From Lama glama (taxonomy: Eukaryota), in NCBI GenBank assembly GCA_028534125.1, contig CM052816.1, forward strand, positions 56,236,001 to 56,300,000: 64,000 bases of DNA, read 5' to 3'. Below, piece by piece: positions 9,649 through 20,749 of this stretch. A program made the translations under genes and the position numbers. The first letter of the stretch is position 1. Every line of letters begins with the position of its first letter. The notes under the pieces are model-generated. The model had not been told where the DNA came from, searched no databases, and saw only the letters and a program-made list of their open reading frames with translations.

Positions 9649-11463
9649 GAGTGGAAGCAAAATGTCTGTCAGTGTGCATGAGAACCGCAAGTCCAGGGCC
9701 AGCAGTGGCTCCATTAACATCTATCTGTTCCACAAGTCCTCCTACGCCGACAGCGTCCTCACTCACCTGAACCTTTTACGCCAGCAGCGCCTCTTCACCG
9801 ACGTCCTGCTCCATGCCGGAAATAGGACCTTCCCTTGTCATCGGGCAGTGCTGGCCGCGTGCAGCCGCTACTTTGAAGCCATGTTCAGTGGCGGCCTGAA
9901 AGAGAGCCAGGACAGCGAAGTCAACTTCGACAACTCCATCCACCCAGAAGTCTTGGAGCTGCTTCTTGACTATGCGTACTCCTCCCGGGTCATCATCAAT
10001 GAAGAAAATGCAGAATCTCTCCTGGAGGCCGGTGACATGCTGGAGTTTCAAGACATCCGGGATGCATGCGCAGAGTTCCTGGAGAAGAACCTGCACCCCA
10101 CCAACTGCCTGGGGATGCTGCTCCTCTCCGATGCGCACCAGTGCACCAAGCTGTACGAACTCTCCTGGAGGATGTGTCTCAGCAACTTCCAAACCATCAG
10201 GAAGAACGAAGATTTCCTCCAGCTGCCCCAGGACATGGTAGTGCAGCTCTTATCCAGCGAAGAGCTGGAGACAGAAGATGAAAGGCTCGTGTACGAGTCT
10301 GCAATTAACTGGATCAGCTACGACCTGAAGAAGCGCTACTGCTACCTCCCAGAGCTGCTGCAGACTGTGAGGCTGGCTCTCCTGCCAGCCATCTATCTCA
10401 TGGAGAATGTGGCCATGGAGGAACTCATCACCAAGCAGAGAAAGAGCAAGGAGATTGTAGAAGAGGCCATCAGATGCAAACTGAAGATCCTGCAGAACGA
10501 CGGCGTGGTAACCAGCCTCTGTGCCCGGCCCCGGAAAACCGGCCATGCCCTCTTCCTCCTGGGAGGACAGACTTTCATGTGTGACAAGCTGTATCTGGTT
10601 GACCAGAAGGCCAAAGAAATCATTCCCAAGGCCGACATCCCCAGCCCAAGAAAAGAGTTCAGCGCGTGTGCGATTGGCTGCAAGGTGTACATTACTGGGG
10701 GACGAGGGTCTGAAAATGGGGTCTCAAAAGATGTCTGGGTTTATGATACCCTGCACGAAGAGTGGTCCAAGGCTGCCCCCATGCTGGTGGCCAGATTTGG
10801 CCATGGCTCTGCTGAACTGAAGCATTGCCTGTACGTGGTCGGGGGGCACACTGCCGCCACTGGCTGCCTCCCGGCCTCTCCCTCAGTCTCTCTGAAGCAG
10901 GTGGAACACTATGACCCCACAACCAACAAATGGACCATGGTGGCCCCCCTCCGGGAAGGGGTAAGCAATGCCGCAGTGGTGAGTGCCAAACTCAAGCTGT
11001 TTGCGTTCGGAGGTACCAGTGTCAGTCATGACAAGCTCCCCAAGGTTCAGTGTTACGATCAGTGTGAAAACAGGTGGACCGTCCCGGCCACCTGTCCCCA
11101 GCCCTGGCGTTACACGGCAGCAGCTGTGCTGGGGAACCAGATTTTTATCATGGGGGGAGATACCGAGTTCTCCGCCTGCTCTGCTTATAAATTCAACAGT
11201 GAGACTTACCAGTGGACCAAGGTGGGAGACGTGACCGCAAAGCGCATGAGCTGCCACGCGGTGGCCTCCGGCAACAAACTCTACGTGGTTGGAGGCTACT
11301 TTGGCATTCAGCGATGCAAAACGCTGGACTGCTACGATCCCACGTTAGATGTGTGGAACAGCATCACCACGGTCCCGTACTCGCTGATCCCTACTGCGTT
11401 TGTCAGCACCTGGAAACACCTGCCTTCTTAAATGCAGCGCATCCAAAAGAGGGCGAGGGTCAG
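9649..11463 (+). other. ENC1: ENC1 exon 2 (13 nt 5'UTR + complete CDS + 32 nt 3'UTR)
   Basis: Acceptor ttctgttttgtctttcAG|G at 9648/9649; donor CAG|GTAAGA at 11463/11464. Confidence 0.9.
9662..11431 (+). CDS. ENC1: Ectoderm-neural cortex protein 1 (Kelch-like 37), BTB/POZ-BACK-Kelch repeat protein, 589 aa
   Basis: Uninterrupted 1770-nt ORF MSVSVHENRKSRASSGSINIYLFHK...STWKHLPS. It has a BTB motif (FTDVLL..FPCHRAVLAACSRYFEAMF), a BACK region and Kelch repeats with GG/W motifs, and is recognised as ENC1. The true start is the ATG at 9662, 13 nt after the splice acceptor; the ORF-track start at 9638 is intronic. Confidence 0.98.
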   Translation: MSVSVHENRKSRASSGSINIYLFHKSSYADSVLTHLNLLRQQRLFTDVLLHAGNRTFPCHRAVLAACSRYFEAMFSGGLKESQDSEVNFDNSIHPEVLELLLDYAYSSRVIINEENAESLLEAGDMLEFQDIRDACAEFLEKNLHPTNCLGMLLLSDAHQCTKLYELSWRMCLSNFQTIRKNEDFLQLPQDMVVQLLSSEELETEDERLVYESAINWISYDLKKRYCYLPELLQTVRLALLPAIYLMENVAMEELITKQRKSKEIVEEAIRCKLKILQNDGVVTSLCARPRKTGHALFLLGGQTFMCDKLYLVDQKAKEIIPKADIPSPRKEFSACAIGCKVYITGGRGSENGVSKDVWVYDTLHEEWSKAAPMLVARFGHGSAELKHCLYVVGGHTAATGCLPASPSVSLKQVEHYDPTTNKWTMVAPLREGVSNAAVVSAKLKLFAFGGTSVSHDKLPKVQCYDQCENRWTVPATCPQPWRYTAAAVLGNQIFIMGGDTEFSACSAYKFNSETYQWTKVGDVTAKRMSCHAVASGNKLYVVGGYFGIQRCKTLDCYDPTLDVWNSITTVPYSLIPTAFVSTWKHLPS

Positions 11464-11654
11464 GTAAGAAGTCAGCTTAGCTGTAGATCTCCATATGGTT
11501 GAGCTAGCTGTGTGAGCTCGTGTGTGGAGGGAGACATGCTCCATACGGCCCATCCTCCGGAAGCACCGCACAAACTATACAGATAAAAGCACATGCACCC
11601 CAGAACTTAAACACTTGTGACCACAGCGGCCACCCACCCTATAGCATAAGACAT

Positions 11655-11806
11655 TGGTTTTCAGCCTTTACTGAGCCTTAGAATCTCCTAAAGAGCTCCT
11701 TAAAACCTGCCCATCCTAGTTTTAATAGGTCTGGGTGGGGCCCAGGGATCAGCATTTTAAGAAAGTTTTTCAGTGACTCTAACCACGGCCAGGTTGGGAG
11801 CCCTGA
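11655..11806. mobile_element. MER5A-like hAT-Charlie DNA transposon remnant
   Basis: GGTCTGGGTGGGGCCCAGGGATCAGCATTTTAA core with TGGTTTTCAG / TTGGGAGCCCTG ends. Confidence 0.65.
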
Positions 11807-11839
11807 CCTGTGTTAACGCCAGCTGATGTCTGCTCAGCC

Positions 11840-12075
11840 CTCCCCCGGTGCCTGCCGCTGGGCTGTGTGTTCCCCATGGATTGTTTCATTTGGTCCCCAC
11901 AACAACCCTGGGGGATATTATTACTAGAGCACTTTATAGATGAAAACACCTGATGTACACCGGGGTTAGCGAAGTTGCCCAAGGCCGTAGAGCTTAGCAG
12001 GCAGAAGCAATGGTCCAGACGTCAGCCCCGGCCAGCTGGCTCCAGAGTATAAGCACGTGAGCCTCATGCCCAGCT
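11840..12075 (-). mobile_element. MIR SINE
   Basis: CCCCACAACAACCCTG...ACTTTATAGATGAAAACACCTGA...AAGTTGCCCAAGGCC. Confidence 0.7.
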
Positions 12076-12190
12076 GCTACTTAATAAACTTCACATTGGT
12101 TTTGCCCCAGGACATAGTTGTTGATATTCACATTTAACTTCCTCAAACCCCCTTCTGGAATGAAGTAGGAGTTAAAAAATTGAATGCTTA

Positions 12191-12318
12191 GTGGGGAGGG
12201 CTTAGCTCAGTGGTAGAGTGTGTGCTTAGCATGTACGAGGTCCTGGTTTCAATTCCCAGGACTTCTGTTAAAATAAATAAATAAACCTAATTACCTTCCC
12301 CTGCCAATAAAAAATTAA
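12191..12318 (+). mobile_element. tRNA-Ala-derived SINE (Vic-1-like) in ENC1 intron 2
   Basis: tRNA-like head, AAATAAACCTAATTACC body and A tail; 17-bp TSD AAAAAATTGAATGCTTA at 12174-12190 and 12319-12335. Confidence 0.9.
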
Positions 12319-15300
12319 AAAAAATTGAATGCTTAAAGTTATTCCTGGTATATTCTCTCTAAAATTATTTATTCACTTACTTGAAATATTTTTCTTCAAA
12401 AAAAAAATAGCCCCCTTTAGGGCATGTATTAACTTTCGAGAAATCCAGGTCTGTCCTGGTAAAAGGTTGCAACCTTCGTGTTATAAACCTGTCTGATGTG
12501 AGGACACACTGAGCCATCTAGACCGCCCTATGGCAGCTTTTCAGAGTTAATTAGCCAGGCCGACCCTAATGTCAGGGCTCCCAAAAGCTGTGTTTCTGTG
12601 TCATATGTCTGAGTACATAATGGTTGTCTTGTGTATATAAGAGTGTATAATACTCTTGGCTCAAATAATTAATAGGTCTGCATGGTTCAGGGTTTGTGAA
12701 GTTAATGGCCGCTTTGCTGCTGGTAAAGCATTCTCGGGTTGGCCTGAGAATCACTTAAGCATGTCTAAGTGTAGCACAGAGCCCACCGAATGGGTTGATT
12801 TGTTTTGGTGATTCATGGGCTCACTACTAATTGAATAAAAATTTTTTGAAAATCTGCTTTGGAGGAACAGCCATGAAACTAACCCATTGCTTGGAGACAC
12901 TTGGTTCTGTGTTCCCTAGTATGTTTCACACCTTCAAAGAGAAAACAGGAAACCTAGGGGTCGTTGTAAGCTAAGCAAAGAGGGGTTTTGACTCATTTGT
13001 CTTTTCTTTCCTCCTCTGTTACAGCTCATTTAGAAACACCAGTAAAACTGGCCTCCCTTTCACATGTTTCTTTCATTTCCTCAGTTACCTCTTCCAGTTA
13101 GTATATCTGTTAGAAATGCAATGTTTACCTGGAATGAAACTCCTGCAGAGGAGCAGGAACTGTCAGAACTATCCTCTGGGGAGCAAGTGGGGCTCCCAGT
13201 GTCCCACGCCAAACTGGTTTTTGCAGCCTTGCTGGCATCTCAGTAATCCTAAATAAACAAATGCTCTGAAAGAGCTTATTTCATTTGCGATATGAATGCA
13301 TTACTCAACTCTCAAGCAGGTTTAAAGAACCTTCCAGGCAAAAGCATCAATTAACAGCACACTAAATTGGGTGTTAGTCCAGAACCGACTATATTTGCAT
13401 AGGAGAGCCTTAAAAATTGCCAGTGATGCTGGCGGTACATCACAGCTGTACCCTGCTGGCATCCTTAGAGCCGGGTAAGGAGCGTGAGGCAGAAGGAGTG
13501 ACGCCATGTGTGCATTCTGGTTCTAGCGCTAAGCTGTAGAGTCTGGACCACTCTGCACTTGAGAGCTCTTCTTGGTCAAATGAGTGATTTGACTTGTGCT
13601 TTCCTTCAGATCTGTCCCAGTTCAGATATGGGTAAATTGATAAATGAGGGGACAAAAAAGAAAGGAATGAGAACCCCTAATCCATGCCAGGCACATGTTA
13701 AGTGTTCAATGCTTGTATTAGTTTTCTCTTCTCCCTTCAATTTAGACCTTCGCTTGCAGTGGAATTAGCTTCGTGTGTCGTGGGAAAACGAGGTTTCTTT
13801 GGCTATTATCTGCTTGTTATCTTTCTACTTCATTTTTGGTACCTCCTTTTTCAGCCCGGAGTGAGTATGTTCGCAAACACTTGAATTCACCCTCTCCTGG
13901 GTATTTGAACCTAATCACACACGGAAATGGAGCAAATAAAAGTGTTAGGTTGTATTCGAAACAACATCCTCTCTGCCCTTGGTGCCATTGGCCCGAGAGC
14001 CAGGCACAGAACAAGGAAATTCCACAGGGCCAGGTTCGCCTTTTTGAAAGGCGGGGTGGGCCTGATCAGAGCCACTCTTGCAGTTTCCGACGGGGAAAAT
14101 GCTGGTTTAAATTTCTGAAGTTTCTTATACACAAGATAGTGTTAAAACTCTTAAGCTGGACGGAGTGAGTTAAAAGAGGTGCTGTGTGCTTATCAGTCAT
14201 AAGCTGCAAAGACCTCCGCAGACTTCGCTTTGCTCTCCAAATGTAGGTGCTAAATGGGTTAATACAGTGCTAACAAGAAGCTTCGCTGGGTCTAAAAGCT
14301 CATCCACCAAGGAGGTTTTAAGTGTCTCCTGCTGCTCTGTCGGTGGGCGGGAGGGACAAAAAGGAAATTAGTTTGGATTACGCTCCAGTTTCATGGTGCT
14401 GTGTGGCCCCAGCCTGACAGCATTTGGATTTTGGTTTCCTTTGTTTCCTCCCTTTTTAGAGGTGTTTTTTGTTTTGGGTCTTTTTTTTTCTTTCTGTTTG
14501 AATATGCAACATCTTGAAATTTCATATTATTACAAGATACATTCTTCTGGCCTAATATTGATGTATTGGTTACAAGGAGGTGGGGGTGAGGGGTGACAAG
14601 GTAGTCTAAGGAATGCCTTGAAAGCTTGAATCACTGTTACGGAACTGCCAAAAGAAACAACTAATGAAATGAATCAGACTTCTGAACACACTAGGGCAAG
14701 AGGAATTCAGTGCCAGTGATCGGTGGCCCCTCCCGAATTCCCTTTGTCTGTACTGAGAGTTAAGGCATTGGGGCTGCAGAGTCTAGGGCTGGAAATGTGC
14801 TCCAAGAACAGATAGGGTGAGTATTTGAAAGCCAAAAGCCCTCTGCAAAATATCCCTCTGTAAAATTAGACTTAACCAAATGGAAAGGCTGGGTAGTGTG
14901 AGGAAATGCCAGCTCCCACGAAACGTGGGCACCTTGAATGTATTTTCATGTTGGACGTCGGTAGATTCTGTTGCTAACAAGCACTGCACACCCCAGCCGG
15001 TGTCTCCCAAGTGTGGACCGATGAACTTCGAGAATGAACTCCAGCCTGGGGCTGATGATGCGTGGTCTGCTGTCATGTGAAAGGAAGCGAGACTGATTTT
15101 CTGCCAAGATGAATGGCAGAGATGCATTTAAATAAGAGGATTAATATGTCTGCCTTCTATATGGTGAATAAATTTAATTTGGAATCCTTTATGGTAAAGG
15201 GGCCAAAAAAGAGGGCTTGGCACAGGAATCTCTTGTGACCCTCTGGTGATCACTTTATAGTGGCTCTGTTTAACCGTGGAGAGAAATTATGAATGTTGGA

Positions 15301-16780
15301 GGCAGAAGATGGCAGCTCGTAACAACACTAGATGCATAGGTTTGAATTTGAACATATACATGTTTAGGAAAGAAGTGAAGGCCTTTCTTTGCATACCATT
15401 GTTTTTGTGGAGCCATCTGGAGGCGTGAATGCATGTGTGTGTGCATTTAGGGCCATTCCTTTAAATATCTATGCACGGTACCTACAGAATATGTAATTAA
15501 GACCTTTAGAAGCAATATCGACTGTTATGAGTGTTTTTTGTTTTTTGTTTTTTTTAGATCTGAGACAGCTAACAAAAATTTTCCTTTTCGTCTATTTTAG
15601 CTGACTCCATTCCTCAGTGAGACCAGGTGAGACTTCAACTCTGGAGAGGCCAAATGTAATGAAGAGAAACAAAAGAAAAAGAAAACGAAGTTGCTTCTCG
15701 AGTACCATCCGCGGCACCTTGTAAATGCTCTAACTGGACATGAAGGATGGGGGTGGGAGACGGGGAGGGGGGTAGGGGTTTTCTGTGCAAGTAGCACAGG
15801 GTTTAAATATGAATGAACGAACCTGTGATCTAGTCCTTGTCTGTAATTGTGGATTAATGTCAGCGTTAAACAGCCCCTCCAAAGGAGAGAAAAGCCCGAC
15901 CTTTTCCCTCGCTGTAGCATATTCAGCATCTGATGTCCATGGGCTCCGCCATTTATGTGTTAAAATTTGAAATGGTTGTCACTGCTCTTTAAGGAGCAAG
16001 GCTCCAAGCCTCCACACCAGCTGCTGTTGGAGATCGAAAGCCCAGCTGTGGGGCCAGGAGGGGACCTGGCTGGGCTGCTGCAGAGTGAGGACCCCTGGAC
16101 TCGCTGCTAATCTCTGAGGGGACCCAGGACTGTTCGTGAACAATGGGGACATTGTTGGTAGCTGTTCGGTAGATGTTCTTTGCTATTTATGAGTGACTTT
16201 CAACTTTCCCTTGGCTGATAAGAAATTTGTTCTAGGTTTAGCTATTTATTGTTCGAGGCCTGCATGCTGAAACAGTGCTTTACAGTCGTCCTTGTGTGTT
16301 TGGACCCGTGTGAACGGTGGTACGTTTTGCACAATTTTGTGGCTGTTGTGATGTGCTTGGCTGCACAAAAGTGAAAACTTTGGAGTTACAATTAGGAGTA
16401 TAACTGGAGGGCGGGTGGGGCAGGGCGGTGGGTTGTGGGGAGGGATTTTGTAAATGTCAAAGCAGGGAAGGATTACAAGACGGAAACTTAAGTTACATCC
16501 TAGAGTTAAAGAAAGCATGAAGGTCATTTTTCTTAGACTAACCAACTTTTAATGAGGTTTCGTGGGCTCTGGTCATGCCGATGGCTCGTGGGGCAAGGAA
16601 AGGGTGCTTTCTGCCCTCTCCCTTCTGTCTGATTCTCTTACTTCAATCTCAGCTACTGAAATTTGGAAAGGACCAAATCATTTTGCAGCTTTTTTTTTCT
16701 TTGTGTAATATCCTGAAATCCTGGAAAATTCTATGGGATCGGTCTGTATATAGGGCACAGGTAAAGGCATTGTTCAAAGT

Positions 16781-16803
16781 TTATTTATTTATCTATTTAT
16801 TTA
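16781..16803 (+). promoter_or_regulatory. AU-rich element in the ENC1 3'UTR
   Basis: TTATTTATTTATCTATTTATTTA: four ATTTA pentamers including the TTATTTATT nonamer. Confidence 0.65.
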
Positions 16804-18164
16804 CCCGATGAGAATGCTTTGCCGTAACCACAGTTAACCCTCACAGATGGAAATTAATTCACTCACCAGATTTGCTTGACCTGGATTCGTTGTTCTCTAT
16901 TCCTGCTGTACGATTAAGCAAGTGCTAAAAGCTCTCCAAGGCAATATTCCCATGGGTATAATGTATACTTTAGTGCTTCCCCTTTAGGTAAGTCTAAAGG
17001 AAGTCTTTGGTGCACAAAAGTGACACGTATGGCCCCTAAACACCAAAGAATTGTAAGCAGTGGCCCCTGCTGAGAGGCTTTCCGGGAGAGTTGTGAATAC
17101 ATTCTTTGCTCCTTCGAGTGCTTGTTTACTAAACATGTGCTGTGATAGGCATTAGTGGTAGAATCAAATAGGTGCTTCCTCTAAGGTGTCTGGGGAAGCC
17201 CAGAATTTGCAACTCGCGCTGCTTTTGTTGCTGTTTCTCACATTACTGTATTTTAGAAAATAGAGTTTAAGACCAGTAACCTTTTGCATCGTGTGTTTGC
17301 AGTGTCTAACGACAGATAGATCCTTCACATTTCTCTCCACCTGAATACTTTCAACTAATTGTAAGCGTTCGTCTGTGCCATGCATAAATGGGCTATAGTT
17401 GGACCAAAATAAATGAGCCATTGGAATCAAAAAATCACCATACTTTCCAGCAGTCAGTCCCTTGCTCCTAGATGTGTTCTAAGCAATGCAAATGCCTGAT
17501 TGTACCCTGGTGGCATAGTCGGTGTCGCCGTATTGGAGCAGTTACAGCTTTGTGTAGTTTATGATGCAAATCTGCCAGGATGCGGGTGTCACTGGGTGGC
17601 TTCTGAAAGCAGGGTGAATTTTCTGCAGCTGTTTCAAAGTTGTGGTCTTTCCTTGAATCCTCTATTAATTGCTGTGTGTGAGCCAGAGAGAGCTGTGGTC
17701 AGGGTGGGCCCCCAGCCTGCAGGGAACTTTCTGGACTCCCGCTCTTTGAATTGATGTAGGCATTTGGGCTCACTACTTGACCATTCTCACCCTGTGAAAC
17801 GTCCCACACTTTGAAGCAAATACAATTCACAGCACAGTGCACACAAAAGACCTTGGCATAAGACAGAGAAGGTTCTTCTTATTCTGTGGCCTGGTTGCCG
17901 TGGAAACGGACAACAAAGGGCAGCCTTCCACTTCTGGTATAATTGTGTAGCCCCCTTTTCTCTGGGCTTGACACCTGTCTGAATGAGAATGATTAGAGCT
18001 GAATAACATCCTTCTCTTGGCTATTGAATATGTGGTTCACGTACAAACCTCTGTGTAAGTTGAAGAAGTGAAGTGTTCGTGTTCATATGTACTTGTTTGC
18101 TACTATGTTTCTGAGGTTTTGTAAAACTGTTATTTTTTTTTTCACAATGTGAAACTGAAGGTCA

Positions 18165-18170
18165 AATAAA
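18165..18170 (+). terminator. ENC1: ENC1 polyadenylation signal AATAAA
   Basis: AATAAA with a U-rich upstream region, CA at ~18190-18191 and GU-rich downstream sequence (tcgtgtgtc...tttatttg). Confidence 0.8.
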
Positions 18171-19369
18171 TTATTAGAGATTTTCTCTTCATCGTGTGTC
18201 CGGGTCTTTATTTGACTAAAACCTGATTTTAGGTGTTGAAAACTTGTGCTTTTTCTAGTTAAATCAAAAGGAGGATCATTTCAGATTTTTCTGGATGTCC
18301 TCTGCTTCCCCGTTTAGTCCCACACTTTTATGAAGGCAATTTTGCACATTAAATCATTTAAAATTTTGGCCTTTTAGAATATTTAAGCAAAGCAAAGTAC
18401 TTCCATGAGGGTTATTGATGGCTTAGAATATGAACAGTCATGTCCCATGCAGTGTTGAGACAGCGTATGTAATATACAGCAGGAATTGAGTTTTTGTGTT
18501 CCTCATGCGGGCTGTATTTTGATGGGAAAGCTGTGAGAGAAGGGGCTGGAGTTCAGTCCTCTTCTCGTCTGACATCACCTTAGAAATCCTTGAAAGTAAG
18601 TGGAAATACATGCATGTTATTTCTCTGAAATGGCACAGGAAACCACAAGCTTAACCCCTCCGGTACACTCAGCTGCTCCCAAGCTGAAAGCCGCCATCCC
18701 AGCTGGCTCGTCACGGGGCCAGAGGAAGCCGCTCACCCTCACCTCATGATGGCTTCCTGTCACAATGCAACGCTCCTCTATCACTTGGGTTGGACCCCTT
18801 GTTTTAATGCGCAGAGCCATGTGGGGCATCACCTTCCTTGGAGAGAAAGTAAGTCCTACCTAGTTAGAACTCTAGGAGAGCTGACAACTAGGCAGAATGC
18901 AATTTCTGCCCTTAGACCTTGACTAGAATGCCAGAGCAGATGCCTCAGGTTTTACAGAAGGATTACTCAGTCCCGTGCTGGGTGAGGCTGGTCCAGAGCC
19001 AAGCCTTGAGGACAAATGACTGGCGAATGTCCTCGGATCCCTGAGCGCACGGTGCCAATGACCCGTGGAAACCCTCCTGGTGACACCATATATGACATCA
19101 GATGACAGGGAAGAGGGGAGACTTAGCAGTTGGGAGCGGACACATGGGAGTTGGATGTTGAGGGAAAAGCCTTGATGTCCATGCTCAGAAGGGTTGAGGA
19201 TAATTCATGCAGAGAGGACTGGAAACCAACGTTCCATTCTCTGGAGTTCTTTTTCTTCGTCCTCTCAGTTGGGATGTGGAAACAGATTAAAGAAGACACT
19301 TCAAATTCTTTGTTTTCATTCGTTTGGAAATTGCAGTTCATTCGGACATTCACAGCACTCCAAACGGTG

Positions 19370-19877
19370 GCTGTATTAACTGAGATGGCCTTCCGCTGCA
19401 TGGTAACAGAAATCTGGCCATGCTGGCTTAACCACAGTGGCGGAACCATTTGGAGGCTGGGACAGTATCCCTACAAGACCATCAGGGGTCTGGGGCTCTT
19501 CTTTCTGCCTTGCCGTCCTGGGCATGGGCCTTTGGTCCTCACGCACACAGGATGGCAGCTGTACCTCATGACCTTACATGTGCTTCCTAGGCAGCAAAGA
19601 TGGGGACAGACAAGGGGAAAAGGTATGTGTCAGATGAGACCTCCTTTTTCTTGTGACAGTAATCATTTTCCCAAAAGGCCACCTAGGACACTTACACTTA
19701 CACTTATCTCCCATTGGCCAGAATTAGGTCACGTGAACTTCCAAAGTAATAAGGGAGCCTGATGAGAGGAGTACTTTTATCAAGGCATGATGCCACTCTA
19801 CACAAAAATGTGATGTTAGTAAGGATGAAAAGGAGAGCAGACTTTGGTTGGGTGATTGCTACTCAGGGTCTGCCGCA
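19370..19877 (-). mobile_element. MaLR LTR (MLT1-like)
   Basis: GATGGCAGCTG, CATTGGCCAGAATTAGGTCACGTG and terminal GTCTGCCGCA resemble a reverse-strand MLT1. Confidence 0.6.
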
Positions 19878-20019
19878 GTGGATAATCCAAGGGTCATCTT
19901 CAACAGGAGCCCCACTGACTGAGTGATTACGATGAGCTGAGCCCTGCGCAGAGGACATGCTGCACATGCATTAATCTCTTAGCCCTCATGACAAATGCAG
20001 GTGAGAACAGAGAGTTTCT

Positions 20020-20385
20020 AATATCTCTAAGCCTCAGTTCCTTCTCTAAAATAAGGATGATTGTCTCTAATAGAAACATTGCATAATACCACACATTTAA
20101 GCACTGAGCCCCGTGCCTGGCACATAGTAGGTTCTCACTGACTTTTAGCTGTCATTTTCCAACATTTTAAACGTCCGGTAAATCTAAATGGGAGTGCCTA
20201 TTCTGTGTGAGGGCTCATGTTGAAGGTTTATCTGTTCCACTGCCTTAATTCATCCACCCATCAACCCTGTGAGAAGAGGCACCATTATTAGCCTCATTTT
20301 GTAGATGAAGCAGGTTTTGCGAGATTCTCTAACTTGCCCAAGGGAGTGGTGAAGCCCGGATTTCAAGGCATATTCTCTGACCTGT
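20020..20385. mobile_element. Two MIR fragments in opposite orientations
   Basis: GCCTCAGTTCCTTCTCTAAAAT...GTGCCTGGCACATAGTAGG (+) and CCTCATTTTGTAGATGAAG...AACTTGCCCAAGG (-). Confidence 0.65.
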
Positions 20386-20749
20386 CTAGAAATGGGGAGG
20401 AAGGTGATCCTCAGGGCTGCGCCTGACTGTGGGGAACCCACGGCTGCCCATGTTCACCGCATCTGGGGAGACTTGACTTCTTGAGAAGGGCTGACTGAGG
20501 AGGTTCAGCTGTGAGTCCCAGCCCTGGACACAAGGACCAAAGAAGCGCAGGGAAAGAAACCCCGCAGCAACTCAAAACGTTCCTTGGCCACAGCTTTCTG
20601 AAATTGTGACTGTGGAGAAGTTTCAAATAAATGGGGCCCCTGGGTGCTTGTTACACTTGAGAATTCACTAAGCTGTCTCCTTTTCTCTGTGTCCTTTCTT
20701 GTTCCTCTGATGTTTATGGCCCGAGCAATTGAATATACAAATGGACGAT

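Larger units (their letters stand above)
15601..18191 (+). other. ENC1: ENC1 exon 3 (3'UTR)
   Basis: Acceptor ttttccttttcgtctattttAG at 15599-15600. The block is repeat-free and UTR-like, resembles my recollection of the human ENC1 3'UTR, and ends after AATAAA. The 3' end is approximate. Confidence 0.8.

Noticed and set aside
9638..9661. ORF-track N-terminal extension MSFRSGSK of ENC1 (597 aa)
   Set aside because: It starts at a TTG within the intron 1 polypyrimidine tract, upstream of the acceptor at 9648, so that start is absent from spliced mRNA.
9776..11257. Antisense and alternate-frame ORFs within ENC1
   Set aside because: Shadows of GC3-rich codon usage in the real CDS.
19130..19762. 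210-aa ORF downstream of the ENC1 polyA site
   Set aside because: TTG start, runs into an MLT1-like LTR, and resembles no known protein.
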